From an uncultured Verrucomicrobiae bacterium (GTDB lineage Bacteria > Verrucomicrobiota > Verrucomicrobiia > Limisphaerales > JAFGQR01), in the NCBI GenBank assembly GCA_963788655.1, contig CAWBHS010000044.1, positions 1 to 31,040 on the forward strand: a DNA stretch of 31,040 nucleotides, given 5' to 3'. The notes under the pieces were generated by a model. The model had not been told where the DNA came from. It made no database searches and saw only the letters and a program-made list of their open reading frames with translations. Positions 1 to 14,031 of the stretch are shown here, one piece after another; the stretch's first letter is position 1, and each line of letters starts with the position of its first letter. A program made the position numbers and the translations under genes.

Positions 1-219
1 TGCTCGTGCCCCGACGAATACACCAGCACCCGGGCGGCGCTGCTGCTCAAGCAATACGGCATCCATCGGGTGCGTCCGCTGGCCGGCGGCTACGAAACCT
101 GGCGGCAAAAGAATTTTCCGCTGACGCCGGCTGCCCGCGCGGCGCAAGCCGCAGTGATCCAATCGTCTCCACGCCACGATCCCAATCCTTTACCAACCCT
201 CCATGAACTCGCACACTGA
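1..219 (+). CDS. C-terminal rhodanese-like domain, probably of a DedA/VTT-rhodanese fusion (5'-partial)
   Basis: Frame 1 reads CSCPDEYTSTRAALLLKQYGIHRVRPLAGGYETW...*, matching the YCxCPxE...VRPLxGGxxxW pattern. Absent from the ORF track because it has no start in the window. Confidence 0.7.
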   Translation, partial: CSCPDEYTSTRAALLLKQYGIHRVRPLAGGYETWRQKNFPLTPAARAAQAAVIQSSPRHDPNPLPTLHELAH

Positions 220-935
220 AACCGTTACCATGAGTGACTCGAAAAGCACCGCCAACCAATCCGGTTTCCGCTGGAAATGGCTGCTTTACGTTGGCGCGGC
301 TATCGCGCTGATTGCCGCCGCGAAATACTTCCACGTGCAGGATCTGCTCAAGCAGGTGCTGGATTGGGTGGGGCAACTCGGGCCGTGGGGCGCGGTCATC
401 TTCATCGCGATTTATGTGGTGGCGACCGTGCTGTTTGTTCCCGGCTCAGTGCTGACGCTCGGTGCGGGGGCGGTGTTCGGCGTGGTCTGGGGTTCGATTT
501 ACGTGTCCATCGCAGCTCACGCTCGGTGCGACGTGCGCGTTTCTTGTCGGCCGGTATCTCGCCCGCGACGCCATCGCCCGCAAGATTGAAGGCAACGAAC
601 GATTCGCAGCAATTGATAAGGCGGTCGCGACCGAAGGCTGGAAGATTGTCGGGCTCACGCGCCTGTCGCCGGTGTTTCCGTTCACGCTGTTGAACTATGC
701 GTTCGGCCTTACGCGTGTGAAGTTGGGCCACTACGTTCTTGCCTCCTGGATTGGCATGATGCCCGGCACGGTGATGTATGTGTATCTCGGTTCGCTGGCC
801 AAGGCCGCTTCCGGCGAGCGAACCCGCACCACTGGCGAATGGGTGCTCTACGGCGTCGGCCTGCTCGCCACCGTGGCTGTCACCGTGTTCGTCACGCGCA
901 TCGCCAGGAAGGCGCTGGCAAGAAAAATCACATAG
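203..935 (+). CDS. TVP38/TMEM64 (DedA/VTT) family membrane protein, one frameshift near 515
   Basis: ORF 203..589 (LFVPGSVLTLGAGAVFG) joins ORF 462..935 (LGATCAFLVGRY, RLSPVFPFTLLNYAFGLT, GMMPGT). Confidence 0.85.
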
Positions 936-957
936 TCGATCCCATCGCGACACCTTT

Positions 958-2486
<1,529 letters not shown>

Positions 2487-2565
2487 CTTTGTAAAATATG
2501 AACATGACTGAGTAATTCGTGAGCCCTCTAAATACCATCCAGAACACCACCCCGCGTTCCGCTGA

Positions 2566-2694
2566 ATCCAGCGTCGCCTTGGCATCACGGCCGTTCCCAC
2601 GCTCATCGTATTCAAGAACGGGCAACCCGTGCGGACGCTGCGGGGAGTCCAGTCACGACGAGAACTTTCTGCGGCACTCGCCGCTACGGCGTGA
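2566..2694 (+). pseudogene. Thioredoxin C-terminal remnant
   Basis: Frame 1 reads QRRLGITAVPTLIVFKNGQPVRTLRGVQSRRELSAALA*, the thioredoxin cis-Pro segment. An in-frame TGA precedes it and no CxxC is visible. Confidence 0.6.
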
Positions 2695-2726
2695 CCCAAC
2701 CAAAGCCCGTAACCATCAACAAGTTT

Positions 2727-3323
2727 ATGGCCGGAAAATTTCTTGAAGTTGCCTTTACACCCGCCGTGCTCGCGGCGCAGAAGAATTACTTCGGACGCGC
2801 ACAGCAGATTCCACCGCAACCCGAGCGCGACCCGCTCACCAGCGACGAAGTTCAGTTCATCCAGTCGCGCGACAGCTTTTACATGGCGACCGTGACGGAA
2901 ACGGGCTGGCCCTACATGCAACATCGCGGTGGCCAACCCGGTTTCCTCCGCGTCGCCAGCCCCACGCAACTCGCGTTCGCCGATTACAAAGGCAATCGCC
3001 AGATGCTTTCCACCGGCAACCTCGCCGCGAACAATCGCGTTTGTCTGTTCCTCATGGATTATCCGCAGCGCACGCGGTTGAAAATTCTCGGCCACGCCCG
3101 CATCAAGGATGCCCGGCAACATCCCGAACTCGTCGCGCAACTCGCCGAGCCGGAAACGCGCGGCATCGTGGAGCGATTGTTCTTCATCGAGGTCGTTTCC
3201 TTCGACTGGAACTGCCCGAAATACATCACGCCTCGGTTCATGGAGAAGGAAGTGCGCGAAGCCGTTGCGCCGTTGCGGCAGCGCATAACGGAACTGGAAT
3301 CACAACTGGCAGGCAGGAAATGA
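2727..3323 (+). CDS. Pyridoxamine 5'-phosphate oxidase-family FMN-binding protein
   Basis: RDSFYMATV, GWPYMQHRGG.PGFL, FADYKGNRQ.LS.GN, FLMDYP, FDWNCPKYITPR. Confidence 0.88.
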   Translation: MAGKFLEVAFTPAVLAAQKNYFGRAQQIPPQPERDPLTSDEVQFIQSRDSFYMATVTETGWPYMQHRGGQPGFLRVASPTQLAFADYKGNRQMLSTGNLAANNRVCLFLMDYPQRTRLKILGHARIKDARQHPELVAQLAEPETRGIVERLFFIEVVSFDWNCPKYITPRFMEKEVREAVAPLRQRITELESQLAGRK

Positions 3324-4082
<759 letters not shown>

Positions 4083-4099
<17 letters not shown>

Positions 4100-4568
4100 A
4101 GTTGATTCCCATCAGTTCGTCCGGCGTGCAAATTTCCGGCAGGGTGTGGCCTTGCTTGGCGACAAGTTTGCGCAACTGTCCCACGATGGCAGCGTTGGCG
4201 ATGTGCCTGCAATTCCATGTGAGCAATATATCCATTTCGTGAACCGTGGCGAGGGCGATGTGGGCCGCATCACCTTCGGCTTTCGCGGGAAGCAGCCCGG
4301 AATCCAGGATACTCCGGGTCAGGTCGCGGGCTTCCTCGGTAGATTCGAGCAACGCGATGTCGGCCAGGAGTGTCAGGCGGTGGTGGGCCATTTCCGATTC
4401 GCCTCGCGCAATTTCGTCAAGGACAAGCTGGCTGGTGAAAAGCTCGTGCTTCTCGCGCTGAAAATCCCACCAATCACGGGTGAGTTGCTGATGGGCGGCT
4501 TGAATCAAATCGCGCGCGGGTCGTGCGACGACGTAGCTCGGTATCGTGCTTTCGATGTAGATGCGCAT
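4083..4568 (-). CDS. PIN-domain (VapC-like) toxin
   Basis: IYIESTIPSY, SQLVLDE, DAAHIALA and LLTWNCRHIAN give the acidic PIN pattern. Confidence 0.85.
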
Positions 4569-4591
4569 TGGTCGTCAGTTTTATTTACTGT

Positions 4592-4634
4592 CCTCACCCG
4601 GCCTTCGGCCATCCTCTCCCATCCGATGCGAGGG
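4592..4634 (+). repeat. REP-like palindrome (CCTCACCCGGCCTTCGGCC type)
   Basis: cctcacccGGCCttcGGCCatcctctcccatccgatgcgaggg: double hairpin between the thiC stop and the PIN gene. Confidence 0.65.
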
Positions 4635-4658
4635 AGTGTGTTCGGCGAGTAGCCTGTG

Positions 4659-6625
<1,967 letters not shown>

Positions 6626-6683
6626 AACGTCTTCAGTTGATTGACGAAAAGAACCTGAACCAAACGGAAGGGAAGAATGCCAC

Positions 6684-6800
6684 CGTCCCTTCGCCAGCAT
6701 TATCTGGAGCAGGTTCAATGGGTCTTCTGCGGACCAAGCGCAGAACTCTCAGCCTTTGTCCCGCCAACACGGCGCGGGGACAGGTCGGCTCCCCAGTTAC
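6684..6800 (-). promoter_or_regulatory. TPP riboswitch
   Basis: Minus strand GGGGAGCC...GGCTGAGA...ACCCATTGAACCTGCTCCAGATAATGCTGGCGAAGGGA, about 60 nt upstream of the thiC ATG. Confidence 0.95.
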
Positions 6801-6908
6801 GGAAGAACCATGCGACGCGGGTCGGAGCGTGTCAAGCCAATGCCAGGGCGGTTTGGAACTCGGCAGGCCGCGTCCTTTCAGGTACTTGAGTCCAAAATCC
6901 TTGAAGCC

Positions 6909-7200
6909 TTCGCGAAGATAAGCGCGCACCTTGTCCCACTGCTGATCAAGGGTCGCGGTGGGAGCGGGAAGTTGTTTGATCTTCAGCGTGGCAATGCCCG
7001 GGCGGGACTCGGTCTTGATCTCCTCGATGGATTTCGGTTCGCTGATCTTGCGTTCGAGCGCGCGATGGGTCGCGACGAGCGCTCGCTGGCGGTGCGGGAC
7101 GCCCGCCTGCGGGAACGCCAGAAGCAGGTGGGCGAGAGCGCGGGAGCCATCAAGCTGCGCCAGAGCGGAGCCATGAGCCAGGATGTCCGGATGGCAACCC
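6909..7200 (-). pseudogene. Probable remnant of an RND (AcrB-family) permease N-terminal region
   Basis: Frame without a start reads PHRQRALVATHRALERKISEPKSIEEIKTESRPGIATLKIKQLP...LDQQWDKVRAYLRE, resembling the AcrB PN1 segment. Recognised by eye only. Confidence 0.4.
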
Positions 7201-7201
7201 G

Positions 7202-7276
7202 GTAGCTGCCGACGTGAGTCGGCGGCTGACTTTTCAATGGCTGGAAAGACAGCCGTGCTCTCACGGGCACAGCCAC
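7202..7276 (+). repeat. REP doublet (GTAGCYGCCGACGTGAG family)
   Basis: gtagctgccgacgtgagtcggc with a degenerate inverted partner ctcacgggcacagccac. A related unit lies at 9035. Confidence 0.55.
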
Positions 7277-7385
7277 AGTTTTCAAGTCATGAGTTCCCTG
7301 GAGAACGGGTCCGACGTCGCAAACTCGCTTGAATAGCAAATCTGCCTTGGCGCCCCGCCAGGCGGGCGACTACCGTGACCGGCGG

Positions 7386-8186
7386 ATGCGAAAGTACAAG
7401 CACGTGATCAACGTTGGCCTCCAGAACCTGCTGGTGTATCGCGTCAATTTTCTCTTCCGGGCCTTGTTTGGTTTGTTACCGCTCGCTGCCACCATCTCAC
7501 TCTGGCGGGCGATTTACGCCGGGCAAACCGGATCGGTAGCCGGCTATTCACTGGGACAAATGATTTCCTATTACCTCGTGGTCACGCTGGTGGATATGGC
7601 GACGGCCGTGGCGGAGGACGATTGGCAAATCGCCGCGGACATTCGGGATGGCCGGATCAGCCAGTTCCTGATCAAACCGGTGGATTACTTGACGTATCGG
7701 CTTTGTCTGTTTGGCGCAGGGCGCATCATTTACACGGTGGTGGCGCTGGTCCCGGTGGGATTGTTTATTTTTCTTCAACGCCAGTATTTCGTGCTGCCGG
7801 CCAATGGGGCGGTCCTCGGTTGGTTCCTGCTTTCGGTCACGTTGACGGCTTTGTTGCAGTTCTTCATTTCGTACACCATGGCGTTGTTGGCATTTTGGTT
7901 CCTGGAAATCTCGACCTTCATTTTCATCGTGTTCGCGTTCGAGTTCATCGCCGGCGGGCATTTGTTTCCGCTGGACATTCTGCCGGCCCCGCTGGCCCAG
8001 GCGCTGGCATTCACGCCGTTCTATTATCAAATGTATTTTCCGGTGAGCATTTACGTCGGCCGCAGCACCGGCGCGGCAATGTATGAAGGGTTGGCGATTC
8101 AAGCGGCCTGGGTGGTGACGGCTTACTTGCTGGCCCGCCTGATGTGGAATCGGGGACTGCGCCGGTACTCGGCGGTGGGCGGATGA
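7386..8186 (+). CDS. ABC-2 family transporter permease
   Basis: LVYRVNF, IAADIRDGRISQFLIKPVDY, GGHLFPLDILP, LRRYSAVGG; multiple TM segments. Confidence 0.88.
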   Translation: MRKYKHVINVGLQNLLVYRVNFLFRALFGLLPLAATISLWRAIYAGQTGSVAGYSLGQMISYYLVVTLVDMATAVAEDDWQIAADIRDGRISQFLIKPVDYLTYRLCLFGAGRIIYTVVALVPVGLFIFLQRQYFVLPANGAVLGWFLLSVTLTALLQFFISYTMALLAFWFLEISTFIFIVFAFEFIAGGHLFPLDILPAPLAQALAFTPFYYQMYFPVSIYVGRSTGAAMYEGLAIQAAWVVTAYLLARLMWNRGLRRYSAVGG

Positions 8187-9017
8187 AAACGTACGGAACC
8201 ATCGTGGCGGCCGGGGCGCGGAATTGGCGGCGTTATCTGACGATCTATGTGGCGCTGTGGAAGAATTCCATCGTGCGGGAGATGGCGTTCAAAGCCAATT
8301 TCCTGATGTGGATCTTTGTCGAAATGCTTTGGTTCGCCATGCAACTGGCTTTCGTGGCCGTAATCTACCAGCACACGCAACACATCGTGGATTGGTCCAA
8401 ATGGCAGGTCGTATTGCTGATGGGCGCCGCGCAGTTCATTCAACAGATCTTCCAGGCCATCTTCCTGACTAATTGCACTCAGATCTCCGAGCACATTCGC
8501 ACCGGGCGGCTGGATTTTATGTTGCTGCTCCCGGTGAACACGCGCTTCCTCGTGTCCTTGCGGCAAGTCGATCTCGGCGGTTTCGCCAACGCGGCCACCG
8601 CCCTGGCCGTCATGGGTTACGCCCTCCGGCAATTGAACTACTGGCCGTCGCCGTTGCAGATCTTCGTGTTCTTGCTGTTGGTCGCCACTGGGGTGCTCGG
8701 TACACTATTCGTTGATGTTCCTGCTCGCGAGCGTCAGTTTCTGGACGGTGCGCGCGCAGGGGATTGTGTGGGGGTATTACAGTCTGTTCAACATCGCCCG
8801 GCTGCCGGATTCGGCATTTCGAGGTTTGTTCAAGGTAGTATTTACGTTTGCCATTCCCATGCTGCTGGTCGCCAATGTGCCGGCGCGTCTGCTCGCCGAC
8901 AAACTCAATTCGCCGCTGCAAGTGCTGCTGTTGCCGGCGATGGCCGTGGCGTGCTGGCTGGTTTCGGAAACATTCTGGCGTTACTCGTTGCGGCATTACA
9001 CCAGCGCCAGTTCTTAG
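8183..9017 (+). CDS. ABC-2 family transporter permease, frameshift near 8700
   Basis: REMAFKANF and IRTGRLDFMLLLPVNTRF, continuing in 8712..9017 (SFW...ARLP...FAIP...ANVPA...YTSASS). ATGA overlap with the upstream gene. Confidence 0.85.
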
Positions 9018-9034
9018 AACCTGTTTGAAGAATG

Positions 9035-9059
9035 GTAGCCGCCGACGTGAGGAGGCTAC
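9035..9059 (+). repeat. GTAG-type REP unit
   Basis: gtagccgccgacgtgaggaggctac, same family as 7202. Confidence 0.55.
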
Positions 9060-9153
9060 GGCGTGTGTGAGTGGTTCGGCCTGAAGGTCAGGATTAAGAA
9101 TTCTGCACTTGAGCGGTTGAATTGCGGCGAGGCACAGACTAAAGTGGGCGCTC

Positions 9154-9312
9154 ATGAAATTCGTTTTGGCACTCGTTGTCTATCTGGCGTTCGCGGCCGC
9201 CATTGGCGCGGGCCTGATTTTGGCCGTGCAAGGCCGGTCCGTATGGCTTCTGTTGATCAGCCTGTTGGTCTTTGGGATAACATTTGCCCGTTACGGGTGT
9301 CGCGCACATTGA
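9154..9312 (+). CDS. Small 52-aa two-TM membrane protein
   Basis: MKFVLALVVYLAFAAAIGAGLILAVQGRSVWLLLISLLVFGITFARYGCRAH*. Below the ORF-track cutoff; two clear hydrophobic helices. Confidence 0.65.
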   Translation: MKFVLALVVYLAFAAAIGAGLILAVQGRSVWLLLISLLVFGITFARYGCRAH

Positions 9313-9439
9313 CGCGGCTGGGGGCTTGGAGTCCCGCCTTCAGGCGGCACGGCGCTCGAACTGTTGGAAGGTGACAGGACCACAATCGCATGGCGGAATG
9401 GCAGTTTCGCCCTTCCGTCGCCAAATCCGTTGCTGATTC

Positions 9440-9627
9440 AGCCGTGACTATTCAATAGCTGGAACCGCGATGAGGCGATTCGGCGTGGTAGGACAGCCGT
9501 CTCGCCTGTCTCCAATAGCCCCAAGGCATCCTCGCTTTTTAGTGACCTGGAGGCGTTACGGTACAAGTCGATGGTTTGCAATCGTTCGAGACAGGCGGGA
9601 CGCCTATCCTACTGAATAGTCACGGCT
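9440..9627. mobile_element. MITE/REPIN-like element, copy 1
   Basis: Perfect 15-bp terminal inverted repeat AGCCGTGACTATTCA...TGAATAGTCACGGCT enclosing an inverted GTAGGA REP pair. Confidence 0.8.
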
Positions 9628-9634
9628 ATGCAGC

Positions 9635-10030
9635 TCAGTAGTGCTTTCGGATTCGCTCCATGATCATCTTGGACATCACTTCATCACCAAAGGTGCCCAC
9701 GCGAAGACGAAACTCGGTGGCGTTGTCGGTAAGTCGCTTCAAGGTGATGTGGACTTTGACATCGCCTTCAGTTCTCGCTTCCAACTCGGCTTCCAGAGCC
9801 CCTTTGTTTTGGGACCGGACCACATACCGCAGCTCTTTCATGGCGGCCAAGGTGGCGGTCCATCCGCGATCCAGGGAAACCGGCTCATCGACCTTCATTT
9901 CCCCTTTGAAGTAAGCGTAAGTGCCCGCGCCGGCGGCGGCCGCTCCACCGACGGCGAGCACCACGCAGCCCACCTGCAGGGCGGCCAATCCGGCCAGCAG
10001 CGTCAATAGAATCCAGCGTTTGGTGTTCAT
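9635..10030 (-). CDS. DUF3568-family lipoprotein
   Basis: Signal peptide with Cys (QVGC), GAAAAGAGTYAYFKGE, RLRVGTFGDE. Confidence 0.8.
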   Translation of the reverse strand: MNTKRWILLTLLAGLAALQVGCVVLAVGGAAAAGAGTYAYFKGEMKVDEPVSLDRGWTATLAAMKELRYVVRSQNKGALEAELEARTEGDVKVHITLKRLTDNATEFRLRVGTFGDEVMSKMIMERIRKHY

Positions 10031-10237
10031 GTGCATACTCACGGTATCGCCCGAAGTCCAGTAGTCCGGGCTTCATCTGCTCTTTGCAGTAGCTTATACC
10101 GAGAAGGTTGGGGCGGCAATTTGATTCGAGCGGGCGATGCGGTTGCGCGGGTGTTGAGCGGTTCAATGGTTCGGCAGGAGCGGCATGCGCAGGTCTCACT
10201 TGCCAATGGCGGGGGTTCTCTCTAACTTGCGCCCGCA

Positions 10238-11167
10238 ATGGAAAAAGTTGTCATCATTGGAACTGGATGCGCCGGATTGACGGCGGCGCTCTACACGGCG
10301 CGCGCCAACCTGAATCCGTTGGTGCTCACCGGCATCGTCCCCGGGGGATTGCTTACCACGACCAGCATTGTGGAGAATTTTCCGGGATTTCCCGAAGGCA
10401 TCGATGGTTATGAACTCATGACGCGGATGCAGAAGCAGGCCGAGCGGTTTGGCGCGCGGGTCAAGTTCGGCACCGTCGAGTCGGTCGATTTCACCAAGCA
10501 GCCCCTGACGTTGAACGTGGACGGTGAACCAATCGAAGCGCAGACGGTCATTATCGCCAGCGGAGCCAGCCATCGCCACCTGGGGCTGGATAGCGAAGCC
10601 AAGCTGGAAAAGAAAGGCGTCACTTACTGCGCGACTTGTGACGGCGCGCTGCCCATGTTCCGCAACCAACCGCTGGTAGTGGTTGGCGGCGGCGATTCGG
10701 CCTGCGAAGAAGCGATGTATCTCACGCGGTTTGGTTCCGTGGTGTATCTGGTGCATCGCCGCGACCAGTTGCGCGCCTCCAAAATCATGGCGGAACGGAC
10801 GCTCGGGAATCCAAAGATCAAGCCGCTCTGGGATTCCGTGGTCACCGAGGTTTTCGATGTCGCCCAGGACAAAGTCACCGGCGTGCGCGTGCGCAACGTA
10901 AAGACCCAACAGGAAAGCACGGTGGATTGTGCCGGCGTGTTCATCGCCATTGGCCATTTGCCCAACACCCAGATGTTCAAAGGCATCCTCGACATGGACG
11001 AGAACGGATACCTGTTGCGTGGGAAAGGTTCGGCCACCAACGTGCCCGGAGTGTTTGTGGCCGGGGATTGCTCCGATCCCGTCTATCGTCAAGCAATCAC
11101 GGCCGCGGGCATGGGGTGCGGGGCAGCGATCGATGCGGAACGATATCTGGCGGCCTTAAACCAGTAA
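10238..11167 (+). CDS. trxB: Thioredoxin-disulfide reductase
   Basis: AGLTAALYTAR, VENFPGF, CATCDG, GGGDSACEEA, HRRDQLRAS, YRQAITAAG.GC.AA. Confidence 0.96.
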   Translation: MEKVVIIGTGCAGLTAALYTARANLNPLVLTGIVPGGLLTTTSIVENFPGFPEGIDGYELMTRMQKQAERFGARVKFGTVESVDFTKQPLTLNVDGEPIEAQTVIIASGASHRHLGLDSEAKLEKKGVTYCATCDGALPMFRNQPLVVVGGGDSACEEAMYLTRFGSVVYLVHRRDQLRASKIMAERTLGNPKIKPLWDSVVTEVFDVAQDKVTGVRVRNVKTQQESTVDCAGVFIAIGHLPNTQMFKGILDMDENGYLLRGKGSATNVPGVFVAGDCSDPVYRQAITAAGMGCGAAIDAERYLAALNQ

Positions 11168-11511
11168 CGAACGTGCGGCCGGCAGCTTGCCGGCGGGCTG
11201 GTAGGGCCGTTTCGAAGTTCGACGCCCTAACCTTCGGCTTTGGTCAAGCAGGTGCCTCCTCCCCGCTGACGGCCCACTTCAGGAATTGGACGAGACCTTG
11301 TTCCAGCACGCCTTCCTGGGTGAATTTGATGTCGCTTCGGGTCAGAATTGAAGTTTGCGGACATTGCCACACGCCATGTGTCCGTCTTTTGGCTCAGCGG
11401 TGGAACTGTAGCCTAATTCGGTACACCGGCAAGAACCGGGCTCGGTTGACGCCCATTCCCGAACGCTCGAATTTAGGCCACCTCGCGACAAAGCGACGAC
11501 ACTCTGTAATT

Positions 11512-11528
11512 TTGGCAGAATGGCTGCT
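11512..11528 (+). promoter_or_regulatory. Possible sigma54 -24/-12 promoter
   Basis: TTGGCAGAATGGCTGCT has GG-N10-GC spacing, about 90 nt upstream of ATG 11618 in a 450-bp intergenic region. Confidence 0.35.
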
Positions 11529-11617
11529 ATTCCCCCGGCTTGAATGGCAAGACACCAAACCTGCGCCGTCCGTCGTCAAAGCACGGCAAGCAACCTGAAC
11601 CGCAGCCCAGCATTCGT

Positions 11618-11893
11618 ATGAGGTTCGTTATCGAGGTGGGAGATATTGAAAAGGAAACGGTCGAGTTCGCCTTCAACCAACTTCTTGGTCGGACGGTCAT
11701 CCGACGCAACGGCCAGGAATTCAAGCGCAATGTCCGGCTGTTTTCCGAACCCGTATTCGAGCATCACATTATCGATTTACACGAACGGCAACGCGCCCTG
11801 TTAAGAATCGAGAAACGGCGCAAGCATCTGGTGGGTTCCCGATACAGCGTGTATGTGAACAACCAACTGGTTCAATGCCATGAGGGAATCTGA
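11618..11893 (+). CDS. Hypothetical beta-rich protein
   Basis: MRFVIEVGDIEKETVEFAFNQLLG...LRIEKRRK...YSVYVNNQLV; protein-like composition. Confidence 0.65.
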   Translation: MRFVIEVGDIEKETVEFAFNQLLGRTVIRRNGQEFKRNVRLFSEPVFEHHIIDLHERQRALLRIEKRRKHLVGSRYSVYVNNQLVQCHEGI

Positions 11894-12021
11894 GCGGCGA
11901 GGAGGAACGTCACCGGCGTGAACGAAATGCGTCCGGACGGGGGGCCGACGTTTCGGTTTTGCGGTAGAAAGGCATCACCGTTGCGGAGGATTGGGGTGAT
12001 GCGCGAACAGCCTGCCTCGTT

Positions 12022-12131
12022 GTAGGACAGCCGTCCCGGCGGTCCCGAATGTTGCAAGCCGTTCATCGTAAAGTTCCCTGAAGTATTGAACGTGCTTTGA
12101 TCCTTCGGAGCAGTCGCCCCGCTTGTCCTAC
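12022..12131. repeat. REP doublet (GTAGGACAG family)
   Basis: gtaggacagccgtcccggcggtcc ... cagtcgccccgcttgtcctac, an inverted pair. Confidence 0.65.
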
Positions 12132-12169
12132 GATCTTCAACACCCCATGCGTTAAGGGATGCAACGCTT

Positions 12170-12365
12170 AGCCGTGACCATTCAGTAGGACCGGCGTCCC
12201 GCCGGTCCCGAACGAGTGCAAACCAACAACTTGGATCACGGCGCCGCGAGTATTTCTATGTCACCAAACGGTGAGGATGCCTTGGGCTATTCGAGACAGG
12301 CGAGACGCCTGTCCTACCACGCCGAACTGCCCCATCACCGCACCAGCCACTGAATTGGTACGGTT
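12170..12365. mobile_element. MITE/REPIN-like element, copy 2 (inverted, diverged)
   Basis: Aligns along its length with the reverse complement of 9440..9627 (agccgtgac.attcagtagga..., gaggatgccttggg, gagacaggcgagacg.ctgtcctaccacgccgaa). Confidence 0.8.
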
Positions 12366-12421
12366 GAGTGACGAATTGAATGCCGGCTGTCGCAGAAGAA
12401 GCGCCTTGCCCCTGATCTGCC

Positions 12422-12832
12422 TCACCGCGCCTCGCGGATACGGATGGTGTAGCGCTTCGCCTGCGCATTCATGGAATCAAAGGTCACCGTTTGCTGCTCG
12501 TTCTCGGTAAGGATCAGCGTATTCCATGGGCTGGAATCAATGGTGAAGCCCTGGGCGTCTTTGAACTCGCATTGCACCTGCACCTGGATGCGCCGGTTTT
12601 CGCGATTCCGCACATTGGCGGCCACACGCAGGCGTCCATCGGGCAGCGTGGTTTGCTGAATGCCCGAACAGGTGACGGAACGTTGCGCGCCCGGATCCAT
12701 CAACACGAAATTGGCCTGGTTTTCCAGATCGTACTTGGTGGTGTTCACCGGCGCATACGCACCGCCGTGTTGGCAGCCGGTCCCGGCGGTCAGAACGGCC
12801 AGGGTAAAAAGAAGAGTTAGCTGGTTTTTCAT
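12422..12832 (-). CDS. YcfL/DUF1425-family lipoprotein
   Basis: Signal peptide with Cys (GTGC), DGRLRVAANVRN, QCEFKDAQGF; clustered with lpoB. Confidence 0.75.
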   Translation of the reverse strand: MKNQLTLLFTLAVLTAGTGCQHGGAYAPVNTTKYDLENQANFVLMDPGAQRSVTCSGIQQTTLPDGRLRVAANVRNRENRRIQVQVQCEFKDAQGFTIDSSPWNTLILTENEQQTVTFDSMNAQAKRYTIRIREAR

Positions 12833-14004
12833 TGCGTTTGAGGGGTTGTCGATTTGTCACTCACAAAAAGCACCTTGTCCCGCGAACCTTCGGGAACGGT
12901 GAATTGAATGGTCTTGGTCATGCCCACCAGCGGCTGGCGGCTGGCGTTTAGGAATTCCACGGTGGCGGTGTAGGGTCCGGGCGGCAGGCGGAAGGAAGCA
13001 AACGTCAGGAACAGCGGCAGGTTGTCCCACGTGCGGGTATCCGCTTCGGGCCGCGTGCTGGCGGAAATGACTTTACTGAGGATGCCGGCCGCCAGGAGTC
13101 CCAGCCCCGCCGCTTGGGTGTCGCGGTTGGAGGCCAATACGGCCCCGGAGAGGATGCCCGCCGTGCCGGCCGCATCGGTGCCGGATTTGAACACGGCTTT
13201 GTTGCCCAGGATATGATCCATGACGCGACCGCCCCGGGTTGTGGCTTGGAAGTTCAAGTCATCGTAGGGCCCGACGTGCGCCGCCGTGTCATCCACGCGG
13301 ATCATGACTTCACTGGCCACCGATGAGCCGTCCCGGAAACGCAGTTCTTCGCCATACTGGCCGGCGGCGTATTTCTTCGGGCCGTGGCCGTAATTCACAA
13401 AGACCAGGACGTTGTTGGTGGGATTGGGTTCCGGCGGAATGGCCAGCCGGGCTTCTTTGCGGGCGCGTTGGATCGCGTCGCTGCCGTCGCCCCCGAGTTG
13501 TTCGGTAGCCAGTCCATCGAGGTAATCCAACAACACATAATCGCTGGCGTAGGTTTTGTTTTCGGTGTCGGCATCCTGCACCGCCGCGCTGCGAAAACAG
13601 GCCCGCGCATTGTCCGGTTCGCCGTCCCGCCAGTAGAGAATGCCGCGGTAGTAGTAGGCCATCACCCGCTCATACGGCTCGCCCAGAAACGTCTTTTTGG
13701 CTTCAGCGGTGAAGTAGCCCTTGGCTTTGCGCGATTCTTTGTTCGCCTCGAAAATGCCACCAATGCGCGCCAGCGCGCTATCCAACTCAGTCTTGGCGAG
13801 ATCAAACTGTCCCCGCTGCATCGCGGCGGCGGCCATGCGATATTCCCAAAGCACCTTGTCGCGCTCCGGTCCTTCGGCGATGGCCCGGGGACCGTCCACC
13901 AACGGATCGCCGGTGAGCGGAAAGGACAGTTGCTTCGTCGTAGAAGCGCAACCAACCGCCCCGACCACAACCGCCAGCAGAACAATTCCGCGCAGAGAAT
14001 TCAC
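12829..14004 (-). CDS. COG3014-like TPR lipoprotein
   Basis: Lipobox AVGC, FLGEPYERVMAYYYRG, DNARACFR, ADTRTWDNLP. Confidence 0.75.
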   Translation of the reverse strand: MNSLRGIVLLAVVVGAVGCASTTKQLSFPLTGDPLVDGPRAIAEGPERDKVLWEYRMAAAAMQRGQFDLAKTELDSALARIGGIFEANKESRKAKGYFTAEAKKTFLGEPYERVMAYYYRGILYWRDGEPDNARACFRSAAVQDADTENKTYASDYVLLDYLDGLATEQLGGDGSDAIQRARKEARLAIPPEPNPTNNVLVFVNYGHGPKKYAAGQYGEELRFRDGSSVASEVMIRVDDTAAHVGPYDDLNFQATTRGGRVMDHILGNKAVFKSGTDAAGTAGILSGAVLASNRDTQAAGLGLLAAGILSKVISASTRPEADTRTWDNLPLFLTFASFRLPPGPYTATVEFLNASRQPLVGMTKTIQFTVPEGSRDKVLFVSDKSTTPQTQ

Positions 14005-14031
14005 GATGGCATTGGGGGAGTGAATCGAGGC

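Noticed and set aside
9440..12365. Composite transposon or invertible segment carrying trxB
   Set aside because: The flanking copies are diverged, no transposase is present and the cargo is housekeeping.
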